Below are positions 1 through 8,907 of a stretch of 64,000 nt of DNA, in pieces (within the stretch, counting starts at the first letter, position 1; each line of letters opens with the position of its first letter). Location of the stretch: contig VXRL01000040.1 in the NCBI GenBank assembly GCA_009838515.1, forward strand, positions 221,348 through 285,347. Reading direction: 5' to 3'. Position numbers and translations under genes: made by a program. The notes beneath the pieces are model-generated. The model searched no databases and was not told the origin of the DNA. It saw nothing but the letters and a program-made list of their open reading frames with translations. The stretch comes from Terriglobia bacterium (lineage in GTDB: Bacteria; Acidobacteriota; Terriglobia; Bryobacterales; UBA6623).

Positions 1-2839
1 CAGCGACCCGCATCTGCGCGTCCAAGAATTCCTTGACCGGCTGGGCGTCGGGGGCCGGACCACGGAAATCCCATTCAAACGTGCCCCCATCGCGCGTCTC
101 ATAGCTGCCCTCGAATGTGACGACCTTCTCCGCGTCTGACACGCCGCCTACAGCACTGAGCAGTCGGAAAGCATCGCTGGGCTCGAACATGCGAATCGTT
201 AGGACACTGATCGAGTCGACACCATTGGCTCTCGCCTTTTCCCAAAGTTGCGACAACGCGTCCCTGAGCACTCCCTCGGCGCTCAACTCCGGGGGGGGTG
301 GTGGCGGCGGACCGGGTGGCGGCGGACTGGGCGGCAGCGGACCGGGCGGCGGCGAATCGGGCTGCTCAGGTCGCGGCCAAACGCCGTTCTTCTTGGCATA
401 GGCCATTGTCATGACCAAAGCCTGCTCATCGATGCAGATTTCTACCGACGGCTCACCTGGCCCGAACAGCAGATCACCGCGCTTGTAGACGTAGTCGCCC
501 TGCTGGATCCCGAGCCGGATGCCGCGTATGTAGATGTCGTCCCCCAGCAAAATCGGCAGCTTTGGGTCACGACGAAATTCGTTGCGCAAGGCTCGAGTCG
601 TCATCTCACCCTTCCGTAGCGGTGTTCGGTCTCGAACGTAGTTCGGCGCATCAGGCTCGTCGTCGGGGAAACGAAGCTTCTTCAAGTCGCGTAGCGCTCG
701 CGCTATCTGGCGCTGACCATTTCCCGGCTGAGCCGACGCTGAGGGCATATCGACCGCTGTATGCGCGAGGTCTATACCCTTTGTTCCAAGCCTGTCACGT
801 GAGGGGTAGAAGACGTGGCGGTAGCACTGCTGCACAGCAATCGCTAATTCCTGCTCGGACTTGGCTTCCAGAGCAAGGACCGTCTCCTGTTGATGAGCCG
901 CAAGACTCCTGAGGCGATCGGGGGCCTTGAGCCGCTGGAGCGCCAGACGTACCCTCATGCGGCGCTGCATGGGTTCTTTGGCAGCGTCGTCAGCCGCCAC
1001 TAGTACGAGATGGTTGCGCAAGACTCGCAAGGCAGAACCACCAGCACCCTTGTGCTGGTGCACATCGGCAACCAAACCCGGAACCTCGTCAACCGTCTCG
1101 CCGACGCTCACGCCATCGTATGCGAATACAACCAGTCTTGGACGGCCATCGCCGACGTCATCAGGCACGTCGAACGGACCACCGGGAAAGCGAATTATCT
1201 CGAAGGTCGTTCCCGAAAAGATCTCCGTGATTCGATCATTGAGTTGTGCACGCACCTCGGTCGCATCGACCTGCTTCTCCTCTCGACGAATGATCTGGCT
1301 GAGATTGGCCTCGGCCAGAAAGCGCATTGGCGCCGCCGGCCGGTCATCGAGATAGGCCGACTCGGTTGTGAAGTCCTTACGCGCCTTGTCGATGAAACTC
1401 AGATCGACCCTCGGCCCGGCCGCAGAGTAGCGCAGTTCCTCAGGCGTCAGGCCCTGGAGCTGTTTGTTGAAGGCCAGCGTGTGCATGAAGATAGTTCTTG
1501 CCACATAGGCGGCGTATGGCGGCAGCCCCTTGTGTTTCTCGGCGTCAATCTCCTCAGCGAGAGACCGTTGCCCAGACCGCCCGGCCGCCACGTCGTTGGC
1601 AATGGCCGGCTGGAAAGCGGACTGCCCCAGCCTCGTGATGATCTCTTGGCGGATCGGCTCGTAACTTGGGTCAATGTGATGCACGTGAATCGCCGTCGCG
1701 TCCGCGGGCCGCTGCATCCAGAGGTGTGCGACGGTGCGAGCTAGCAGTCGGAGCATTCCACGGACTCGCTGGAAATTCGACAGTGTGGCGGTCTTGCTCG
1801 TCAATGTTTGGAGCACATCCGGGTGGAGCGGATAGCTCGCGCGAAACACCTCTGCCGCCTCAGTCCGAGCAGCATCACCGCTGAGAACCTCTTGATTGGC
1901 AGCCCAGAGCTTCTGGTAGGAACCTATGGTCGCAGTTGCGGCGGCGTCATCGACCGACTCGAACAAACGCCTCCGGAGAACTTGGACCGTCTCGTCCTCC
2001 TCAGTGGGATTTAGGAGGGTCGCCTTGCGGGCCGAAATCTTCTCGATTTCGGCCATATCGTCTGCGACCATCTGGTTCTCCTCCGAATAGGCGTCAGTGG
2101 CCAAGCCGTCCTTGCCGATGGCGAGCGTGTAGACCAGAGCCGCATTCGGAGCGGTCTCCACGGCCTTGTACAGGGACGTGAGGAAGGCAGTCAGCTGTCC
2201 GCGCGCGTCAGGCATTCTACTGACCTTCCGGAGATAAACCGACAATTCATCAAGCAGGATCAGAGTCGGCTTGCCGGCGAAAAGGGCACGCAGTGTCTCC
2301 GCGCCAGGCGCCGTCCGCTGCTCGTCGCTCTTCCGTACTCGCTCATACCCTGGCTTCCCGGCCAGAGCATGGGCTATCTCACCCCAAGGGGTATATGCCA
2401 GAACCCCGCCGTCCAGCGAGCGGCCGTTCACCGGGTCCGCGTTTTCACCATCGAAGGCCGCTATACGGACGGCACGCGTCGGCAACAGCGACGGTTCGAC
2501 AAATTCCTCTTTGTGCGGTACGCCGTCCATTCCCTTCGCCGCGTGGGACAGCGCAATCAGGCCATGAGTCTTCCCGCCGCCGTATGAAGTGTCGAGCCGA
2601 AAGATGGCCGCCGCCGCGTCTCCGGAACCGCTGAGTCGACAGCAGACGTTAGCGAGCAGGTTCTTTAGGCCCCGAGTTGGGTAGGTGTTGGCGAAGAACG
2701 AAACTGCGTCCCGATAGCCCGCACTCGCCTTGCCAGAAAGCACCAATGCAAGATCGGCCGCGAAGTCTGCGTCGGCGATCGTACCGTCGAGCACATCGGG
2801 GCGAGGACGGCAGGTATCAAAGATTGTCGGAACCGTCAC
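1..2839 (-). CDS. DUF499-family ATPase of a restriction-like/BREX-related system (3'-partial, runs off window)
   Basis: Hand translation of the minus strand from GTG at 2839 gives MTVPTIFDTCRPRPDVLDGTIADADFAADL...FFANTYPTRGL...IFRLDTSYGGGKTHGLIAL (Walker A) and LILLDELSVYLRK (Walker B). The ORF track lists no stop-terminated ORF in this frame, consistent with no stop before the edge (~946 codons). Poly-Pro linker at ~288-357. Confidence 0.88.
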   Translation of the reverse strand, partial: MTVPTIFDTCRPRPDVLDGTIADADFAADLALVLSGKASAGYRDAVSFFANTYPTRGLKNLLANVCCRLSGSGDAAAAIFRLDTSYGGGKTHGLIALSHAAKGMDGVPHKEEFVEPSLLPTRAVRIAAFDGENADPVNGRSLDGGVLAYTPWGEIAHALAGKPGYERVRKSDEQRTAPGAETLRALFAGKPTLILLDELSVYLRKVSRMPDARGQLTAFLTSLYKAVETAPNAALVYTLAIGKDGLATDAYSEENQMVADDMAEIEKISARKATLLNPTEEDETVQVLRRRLFESVDDAAATATIGSYQKLWAANQEVLSGDAARTEAAEVFRASYPLHPDVLQTLTSKTATLSNFQRVRGMLRLLARTVAHLWMQRPADATAIHVHHIDPSYEPIRQEIITRLGQSAFQPAIANDVAAGRSGQRSLAEEIDAEKHKGLPPYAAYVARTIFMHTLAFNKQLQGLTPEELRYSAAGPRVDLSFIDKARKDFTTESAYLDDRPAAPMRFLAEANLSQIIRREEKQVDATEVRAQLNDRITEIFSGTTFEIIRFPGGPFDVPDDVGDGRPRLVVFAYDGVSVGETVDEVPGLVADVHQHKGAGGSALRVLRNHLVLVAADDAAKEPMQRRMRVRLALQRLKAPDRLRSLAAHQQETVLALEAKSEQELAIAVQQCYRHVFYPSRDRLGTKGIDLAHTAVDMPSASAQPGNGQRQIARALRDLKKLRFPDDEPDAPNYVRDRTPLRKGEMTTRALRNEFRRDPKLPILLGDDIYIRGIRLGIQQGDYVYKRGDLLFGPGEPSVEICIDEQALVMTMAYAKKNGVWPRPEQPDSPPPGPLPPSPPPPGPPPPPPPELSAEGVLRDALSQLWEKARANGVDSISVLTIRMFEPSDAFRLLSAVGGVSDAEKVVTFEGSYETRDGGTFEWDFRGPAPDAQPVKEFLDAQMRVA

Positions 2840-2918
2840 ATCAAATCCCTGAGCATACGCATGCGTGGCTTAAGCGAGTAGTATTCGCGGCGAGACGAAC
2901 CGTGTTTGTTCATATGAG

Positions 2919-2940
2919 ACACTTGAAACGAGGCAAGTGT
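2919..2940. promoter_or_regulatory. 7-bp inverted repeat (ACACTTG-N8-CAAGTGT) in the divergent intergenic region; possible operator
   Basis: Perfect inverted repeat between divergently oriented defence genes; function inferred. Confidence 0.3.
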
Positions 2941-3401
2941 AGCGCAACCTGAGATTCTGAATGCATGAACAAGGAGGAGCTACAGGCGGCAAGCGGAGAC
3001 GTTCTGTTCGTGATTCAGGATCGCTTTCAGGCAGGGGGTGGGCTCCGTCGATGGGGTGTTACCGGCAATCGTCGCAGCGTACAGGCGGTACCGGCACGCC
3101 TCTTGATGCTTGGAAGCATCTCCTGTTGCGATTCATTCCCAGCGTCCGAGGTCTGCGGGGCCGCTGCCTGGCCGTGCTACGCCGCGGGCGTCTGACCGCC
3201 CTCTGCGGGGAGGTTTGGCTCCTCGCAAAGGGCGAGCATGACGTTGTGAGCCGAGAGTTGGCGACACACCCGACCACAGAGCCCGCGATGCTTTCAGCAA
3301 GTTTGCCAGTTGGACGCGTCTCCCTGTTCTGCCCCTCCAGCCGAACGACACTAGAGATCTGTAAGCGTCGCATCACGTGAGACGATTCGCACGAGAGGAC
3401 C

Positions 3402-4508
3402 TTGATGTTCGAGAATCTGCGGATTAAGAATTTCCGGCTGTTCGACGATCTAGAAATCGGAGAACTGAAGCGAATCAACCTCCTTGCCGGACGCAACAAT
3501 GCTGGCAAGACAGCCGTTCTTGAGGCCATCTACCTGCTGGCCAGCGTTGGTAACCCAAGACGCGCCATAGAGGTCAAGGGGATTCGCGGGATCAGCGAAA
3601 CATCGGGATCGCCGGGCCGACTACCAACCTCGTATTGGAAGCCACTGTTTTCTCAACTCAACATGCAGCGGTCTATCGAGATCAGTGGTGCGCATTCCCA
3701 TCTCGGCCCCGTGGCGCTAGCCATCTCTCTGGAGCGGCGAGACGATTCCGAGACTCCAGAACCTTACCGCTTCCCAACTTCACAGGTAGCTCAAGGGGTG
3801 GCTGACGACGCACAAGAAGCAGTTTCTCATGACATTGGCGAGCGGCTTGCTGATCCATGGGCGCTACATCTTTCATGGGCGACCAACATGGGGCGAGATA
3901 CATGCGACATGCGCGTGACGGAACACAGTCATCGGATCGTGAGCGCAGACCTTGGTATTCCGCTCCATCCGATCTATCTGTCTTTGGGCCCTGGAAACGC
4001 CCACGAAGACGCAGTCCGCTTGGGTCAGCTTCGGGCGCGCAAGAAAGGGGACCTGTTGACAAAGGCGTTACAGGTTGTCGAACCAAGCTTGGAAAGCGTT
4101 GAAGACATCTCCGCTACCGGCACTCCAATGATCTGGGGCGATATCGGCCTGCCCGAGCTTACTCCACTGTCGGCAATGGGGGAAGGTGTAGCGCGAATCG
4201 CCAGAATCGTGCTTGCGACGTCCAGTGTCCCGGGCGGAGTCGTACTTGTCGACGAGATCGAGAACGGATTTCACCACTCAGTCATGAAGAAGGTGTGGTC
4301 TGTCGTGGAAGAGGCTGCACAACTGTTCGACGCACAAGTAATTGCGACGACTCACAGTTATGAGTGCCTCATGGCAGCTCATGAGGCTCTGAGGGACGAG
4401 TGGCGGTTTCACCGATTGGACCGCACCAAGGAAGGATCGAGTCAATGTGTGACATTCGACACGGAAAGGGTCGAGGCAGCGATCCGGCACTGGTTGGAGG
4501 TTCGTTAA
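3402..4508 (+). CDS. ABC-type/AAA_21 (AbiEii-like) ATPase
   Basis: N-terminal IKNFRLF, Walker A AGRNNAGKT, signature-like MGEG, Walker B VLVDEIENGFHH, H-loop ATTHS. Confidence 0.85.
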   Translation: MMFENLRIKNFRLFDDLEIGELKRINLLAGRNNAGKTAVLEAIYLLASVGNPRRAIEVKGIRGISETSGSPGRLPTSYWKPLFSQLNMQRSIEISGAHSHLGPVALAISLERRDDSETPEPYRFPTSQVAQGVADDAQEAVSHDIGERLADPWALHLSWATNMGRDTCDMRVTEHSHRIVSADLGIPLHPIYLSLGPGNAHEDAVRLGQLRARKKGDLLTKALQVVEPSLESVEDISATGTPMIWGDIGLPELTPLSAMGEGVARIARIVLATSSVPGGVVLVDEIENGFHHSVMKKVWSVVEEAAQLFDAQVIATTHSYECLMAAHEALRDEWRFHRLDRTKEGSSQCVTFDTERVEAAIRHWLEVR

Positions 4509-4511
4509 CTT

Positions 4512-5135
4512 GTGGGACGGCCGCCGGAACGTATCGGATCCAATGTACAGCTCCTTGTCGAGGGGCGTGATGCAGTGGGCTTCTTCGAAGCATTGATCCA
4601 AGATCTGGCGCTAGAGGAAGTACAGATCCAAGACTTCGGCGGCGTGGCAGAGCTGCGGACATTCTTGCCGGTATTCGTCGGTAGTTCGGGGTTCTCCCGC
4701 GTCACAAGCCTCGGGATCGTTCGCGATGCAGAGACCTCCGCTGGAGGGGCGTTTGAGAGTGTCCAAGGGTCTCTAGCTGGCGCTGGGCTCCCGGTTCCGC
4801 AAGCCCCTGGACAGCGAGTCGGCGACCGTCCGGCTGTCACAGCAATGATCCTACCCGGGGGGAACCGGACCGGCATGCTCGAGACACTGCTGAACGAAAC
4901 GCTCTGTGGTGACAATGTGCTGACTTGCATCGATGACTTCTTCCGCTGCGTCGAAGAACACTGCGGCGAGCCGACACACAGGCCGGAGAAGGCTCGTTCC
5001 CACGCTTACCTAGCAACCAAGCGGGACCCGCATCTGTCGGTCGGCTTTGCCGCCAAGCGAGGATATTGGAACCTCAAACACCAAGCGCTGGAGCCGCTAC
5101 GCACGTTCCTTCGGGAGGTCGCTTCTCAGCACTGA
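4512..5135 (+). CDS. TOPRIM-like putative nuclease partner of the ATPase (DUF3226-like)
   Basis: LLVEGRD and GIVRDAE acidic motifs typical of TOPRIM folds; starts 3 nt after the ATPase stop. Confidence 0.7.
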   Translation: MGRPPERIGSNVQLLVEGRDAVGFFEALIQDLALEEVQIQDFGGVAELRTFLPVFVGSSGFSRVTSLGIVRDAETSAGGAFESVQGSLAGAGLPVPQAPGQRVGDRPAVTAMILPGGNRTGMLETLLNETLCGDNVLTCIDDFFRCVEEHCGEPTHRPEKARSHAYLATKRDPHLSVGFAAKRGYWNLKHQALEPLRTFLREVASQH

Positions 5136-5160
5136 GAGATCCCACGAAGATTCTGATCCT

Positions 5161-8139
5161 ATGTCCGACACCCGCCTGATTGAGCGCTGGCTCCCGATCG
5201 CTGAGATCGGCGTCGAGAGCACTCGAGAGCGTACGCCCATGACTCCGTTTCCGGCACCGAACCGCCTTCATGTTTGGTGGGCGCGCCGACCACTAGTGGC
5301 GTCACGAGCGGCAGTACTCGCGTCCCTGCTGCCAGCAAATGCCGACCGGGAAAAGTTTCTGCATGTCCTTGGGATTCACGGTGATCCAATCGCTACGCGA
5401 CAAAAGATTGATGCGGCCCGCCGACGAGGTGAACGCTTCGAGGGACAAGCCTACAGCTATCCCCGGGCGTTCAGCTACATACCTCGGGAGGACGACCATC
5501 GGTGGTTGCAGGAAACTCTGGGCACCAACGGACTCTCATCCTCTTCAGTTCTCGATCCGACTGCCGGTGGCGGGAGCATTCCATTCGAAGCGGTACGGCT
5601 CGGCACTCGAGCCGTGGCCAACGATCTTAATCCTGTCTCTGCACTTATCATGCGGGCGACGGTTTTGTGGCCCTCCCTATATGGAACAGCTCTTGAATCG
5701 GCATACCGTGAACTGTCGGATCAGTTCGTGCCGGCGCGAGAAGAACGTCTCGCTTCGTACTTCCCCCCTGAGCCGGAGCGGAACTGTATCTCAACCAATC
5801 ACCTCTGGGCACGGACGATTGTATGCCCGTACTGCGACGGTCTCGTACCGCTGTCGCCGAATTGGCGGCTTGCTCCGGACGGCACTGGCGTCAAGCTTTG
5901 TCCCGATTGCACCAATGGCCCGGGAACACCCGGCCGCGTCTGCACATTTGAGATTGTTCAACAGGCAGAGCAACAGTCACCGGGCACAGTCGCGCGCGGC
6001 AAGGGCCAGTGCCCGTGGCCCGACTGTGGCCGAATCATCGACGGAGACGAAATCAAGTCCCAAGCCAAAGCGCGAGGGATGGGCGAACAACTGTTCGCCG
6101 TCGTGTATAAGCGGAGGATCGAAACCAAGACTAAGTCGGGCAAGCGTGGTCGCGACAAGTGGGTGCGCGGCTACCGCGCACCTAGAGCTGAGGATGACAA
6201 TAGCGCCGACATCGACGCCAAGCTGGCAGAAAAGCTGGCGGAGTGGCAAGCGCTGGACTTCGCGCCGAGCGAGCGGATTCCCGACGGCACCAAGACAACC
6301 GAGCCGCACCGTTATGGCATGGCCCTCTGGCGCGACTTGTTCTCGCCGCGGCAACTGCTGTGCCACGGCACCAGCGTAGAGGTGTTCAGGGAAATGCTTG
6401 AGGCGGACCGGGACGCCGGACGACTTGACGACATTCGGCAGGCTGCCTACGGGTACTTGGCTTTCTCGCTGGATACGATGTTGAACTACAACTCGCGCAT
6501 GTCGGTCTGGATGCGCACCCGCGAGGTTGTCGCGAATACATTCAACCGGCACGATCTTGCCTTCTGCTGGTCATACGCCGAGATGGCCCCACTGGTCGTC
6601 GGAATCGGCTACGACTGGACTATCAAGCAGACCGCAAAGTGCATCAAGGAACTCGTCGCGCTGGTTCATCCGAGCACCGAAACTAATGCCGCTCCGCTAT
6701 TCGACCAAGTTGCTCCGAAGAAGTCCGAAGGGACCCATTCGCCGTTGCCTCCCGTTTCGATCACGTGCAAATCGGCAGACAGCCTTGACCACCTCTCTGA
6801 TGGCAGCATCGACGCTGTGGTGGTAGACCCGCCGTACTACGACAATGTCATGTACGCGGAGTTGTCGGACTTCTTCTATGTCTGGCTCAAGCGCACGGCA
6901 GGACATGTCTTCCCCGACCTGTTCCGTCGCCAGCTGACCGACAAGGAGAACGAGGCGGTGGCCAATCCGGCAAAGTTCTCTGGCGAGAAGGGTGCCAGTG
7001 CTCTCGCTGGACGGGACTATCAGGATCGCATGGCTGCGATCTTCTCCGAATGCCGACGTGTGCTGAAACCGAGCGGCATTATGACGCTGATGTTTACGCA
7101 CAAGGCGACCGGTGCCTGGGACGCACTGACCACAGGCCTGATGGAGGCCGGTTTCGCGATCACGGCATCGTGGCCTATCAACACCGAGGCAGGCGGAAGC
7201 CTGCACATCCGGGACAAGGCGGCGGCCAACAGCACTGTGTTTCTCGCCTGCCGCCCTCGTTCGCAGAATGAAATGTCTAGCGGATCGAATGGGAATGACG
7301 AGTTCCGTTACTGGGAAGATGTGGAGCCACTCGTGGCCGGTGCAGTAGCGAAGCGTGTCGGCGAGTTCCAGGAAGCAGGCATCGGCGGAGTCGACCTATT
7401 CTTGGCAGCTTTTGGCCCGGCACTAGAGGAGTTCTCTCGCCACTGGCCTCTCAGGCGGGGAACGCCACGGGATCGGCCGGAATCGCGCAGCCGACAGCGC
7501 AAGCTCCACCTAGACGAATGGGACCCATACTCCGTGACACCAGAAGACGCGCTCGATGTCGCCCGACGCGAGGTCAAGCGATGGCGACTGGAGCGGTTGG
7601 CGGCCCTGAAGGCAGACGCGGACCTTGACAATGTGACCTCGTTTTTCGTTCTGGCATGGGACACGTTTCGGGCCCCGGTCTTCCCGTACGACGAGGCTCT
7701 GCGGCTGGCACGAGCGGTTGGGGTTGATCTTGATCGAGAGATAGTGGGTCGACTTGCCAACAAACGCAGCAGCGACCTGATGATCTGGGACAGCGCACAC
7801 CGTGCGGCAACCGGCACTCTCGGACCAGCCGATGGATCACGGGGTATGATCGACACACTTCACCATGCGGCTCATATAGCGCGGTCAAGGTCCTTGGCAG
7901 TCGCCCGCGAGATACTCGAACACAACGGAGTGGGTCACGAACCTCGGTTTCTTGCGGCACTCAAGGCGATACTTGAAGTACTACCGATGTCACCAGCCAT
8001 CACGGGGGTACGGCTCGGCACCGATGCGGCAGCTGCTGGCGACGACTTCGAGGCCCTCTATGGGTTGTCCCGCCTCGCCTACCACGACAACATCGGCGAA
8101 CCGGAACAACTTAAGCTCTGGCGTAGCGCCGCCGAATGA
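5161..8139 (+). CDS. DUF1156-family N6-adenine DNA methyltransferase with Zn-ribbon insert
   Basis: LHVWWARRPL N-terminal motif, SAM-binding DPTAGGGSIPFEA, catalytic DPPYYDN, and CPYC/CPWPDC cysteines. Start placed at ATG 5161 (MSDTRLIERWLP). Confidence 0.9.
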   Translation: MSDTRLIERWLPIAEIGVESTRERTPMTPFPAPNRLHVWWARRPLVASRAAVLASLLPANADREKFLHVLGIHGDPIATRQKIDAARRRGERFEGQAYSYPRAFSYIPREDDHRWLQETLGTNGLSSSSVLDPTAGGGSIPFEAVRLGTRAVANDLNPVSALIMRATVLWPSLYGTALESAYRELSDQFVPAREERLASYFPPEPERNCISTNHLWARTIVCPYCDGLVPLSPNWRLAPDGTGVKLCPDCTNGPGTPGRVCTFEIVQQAEQQSPGTVARGKGQCPWPDCGRIIDGDEIKSQAKARGMGEQLFAVVYKRRIETKTKSGKRGRDKWVRGYRAPRAEDDNSADIDAKLAEKLAEWQALDFAPSERIPDGTKTTEPHRYGMALWRDLFSPRQLLCHGTSVEVFREMLEADRDAGRLDDIRQAAYGYLAFSLDTMLNYNSRMSVWMRTREVVANTFNRHDLAFCWSYAEMAPLVVGIGYDWTIKQTAKCIKELVALVHPSTETNAAPLFDQVAPKKSEGTHSPLPPVSITCKSADSLDHLSDGSIDAVVVDPPYYDNVMYAELSDFFYVWLKRTAGHVFPDLFRRQLTDKENEAVANPAKFSGEKGASALAGRDYQDRMAAIFSECRRVLKPSGIMTLMFTHKATGAWDALTTGLMEAGFAITASWPINTEAGGSLHIRDKAAANSTVFLACRPRSQNEMSSGSNGNDEFRYWEDVEPLVAGAVAKRVGEFQEAGIGGVDLFLAAFGPALEEFSRHWPLRRGTPRDRPESRSRQRKLHLDEWDPYSVTPEDALDVARREVKRWRLERLAALKADADLDNVTSFFVLAWDTFRAPVFPYDEALRLARAVGVDLDREIVGRLANKRSSDLMIWDSAHRAATGTLGPADGSRGMIDTLHHAAHIARSRSLAVAREILEHNGVGHEPRFLAALKAILEVLPMSPAITGVRLGTDAAAAGDDFEALYGLSRLAYHDNIGEPEQLKLWRSAAE

Positions 8140-8907
8140 CGATTCCGCGGATCGGCCGAGATCCTATTGATCATATCGGCATAACTCTGGCCTGTTGACC
8201 GGCAGCTGGATTTCTGCGGACACCAATTGCATACCATCATTGTTTGGACCGATGCCGGTGAGAGTCACTCATGCCCATGCCCGAGACTCAAGATCAGTCC
8301 ACGAACTGCAAGTCAAGAGCCCTCGGACGTTCAGGGCAAGGCGCATGCAACTGGGAGATTGTGGCTCGGGTAGTCGTCGACGAAGGCTCCGACGCGCCAG
8401 TTGGATCGAATTGGTTTCGGTATGACCTCATTGCATCACCAAATCCACTCGAACAACTCAACCCCGCCGTCGAGAGCACGACCAAGGCCGGCGCCCGGTC
8501 ACACTGTCACGACACTGTTCGAGGAGAACTTCCACTTGCGCCCCGGAAGCGTCTGCTCGACCCGGCAGGTCAAGATGTGGCTCGATTCGTGTGAAACGCT
8601 CTTCGCTCCACCCAGCAGCTCACCAGCGAGAATCAGCTATGCAATCCCTCAACTGTCAAGCGTGCTCAGGCAATCACACGCTGACGGCTTGCGGCACACG
8701 ATGCGGGACGAAACCCGACGCCGTGCCAACGGGTGCGAAGCTCTGGGTGCCGATGTCTTCAGCGCCACGGCGGCTGAACCTGTATGTAGCCCCGACTTTG
8801 GCTTGCACCGACGGTCAGATCAAGGCAATCGCGCTCGTTGGCGGAATGCAGATCCTAAGGTGCAACCTCAAAGATGACCAAGCCTCGAGTGTTCAACGTT
8901 TGAGCTT

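Noticed and set aside
117-2952. Many + strand ORFs in the track, including a Gly-rich one at 117-401
   Set aside because: Shadows of the long minus-strand DUF499 gene; the poly-Gly is the antisense of its poly-Pro linker.
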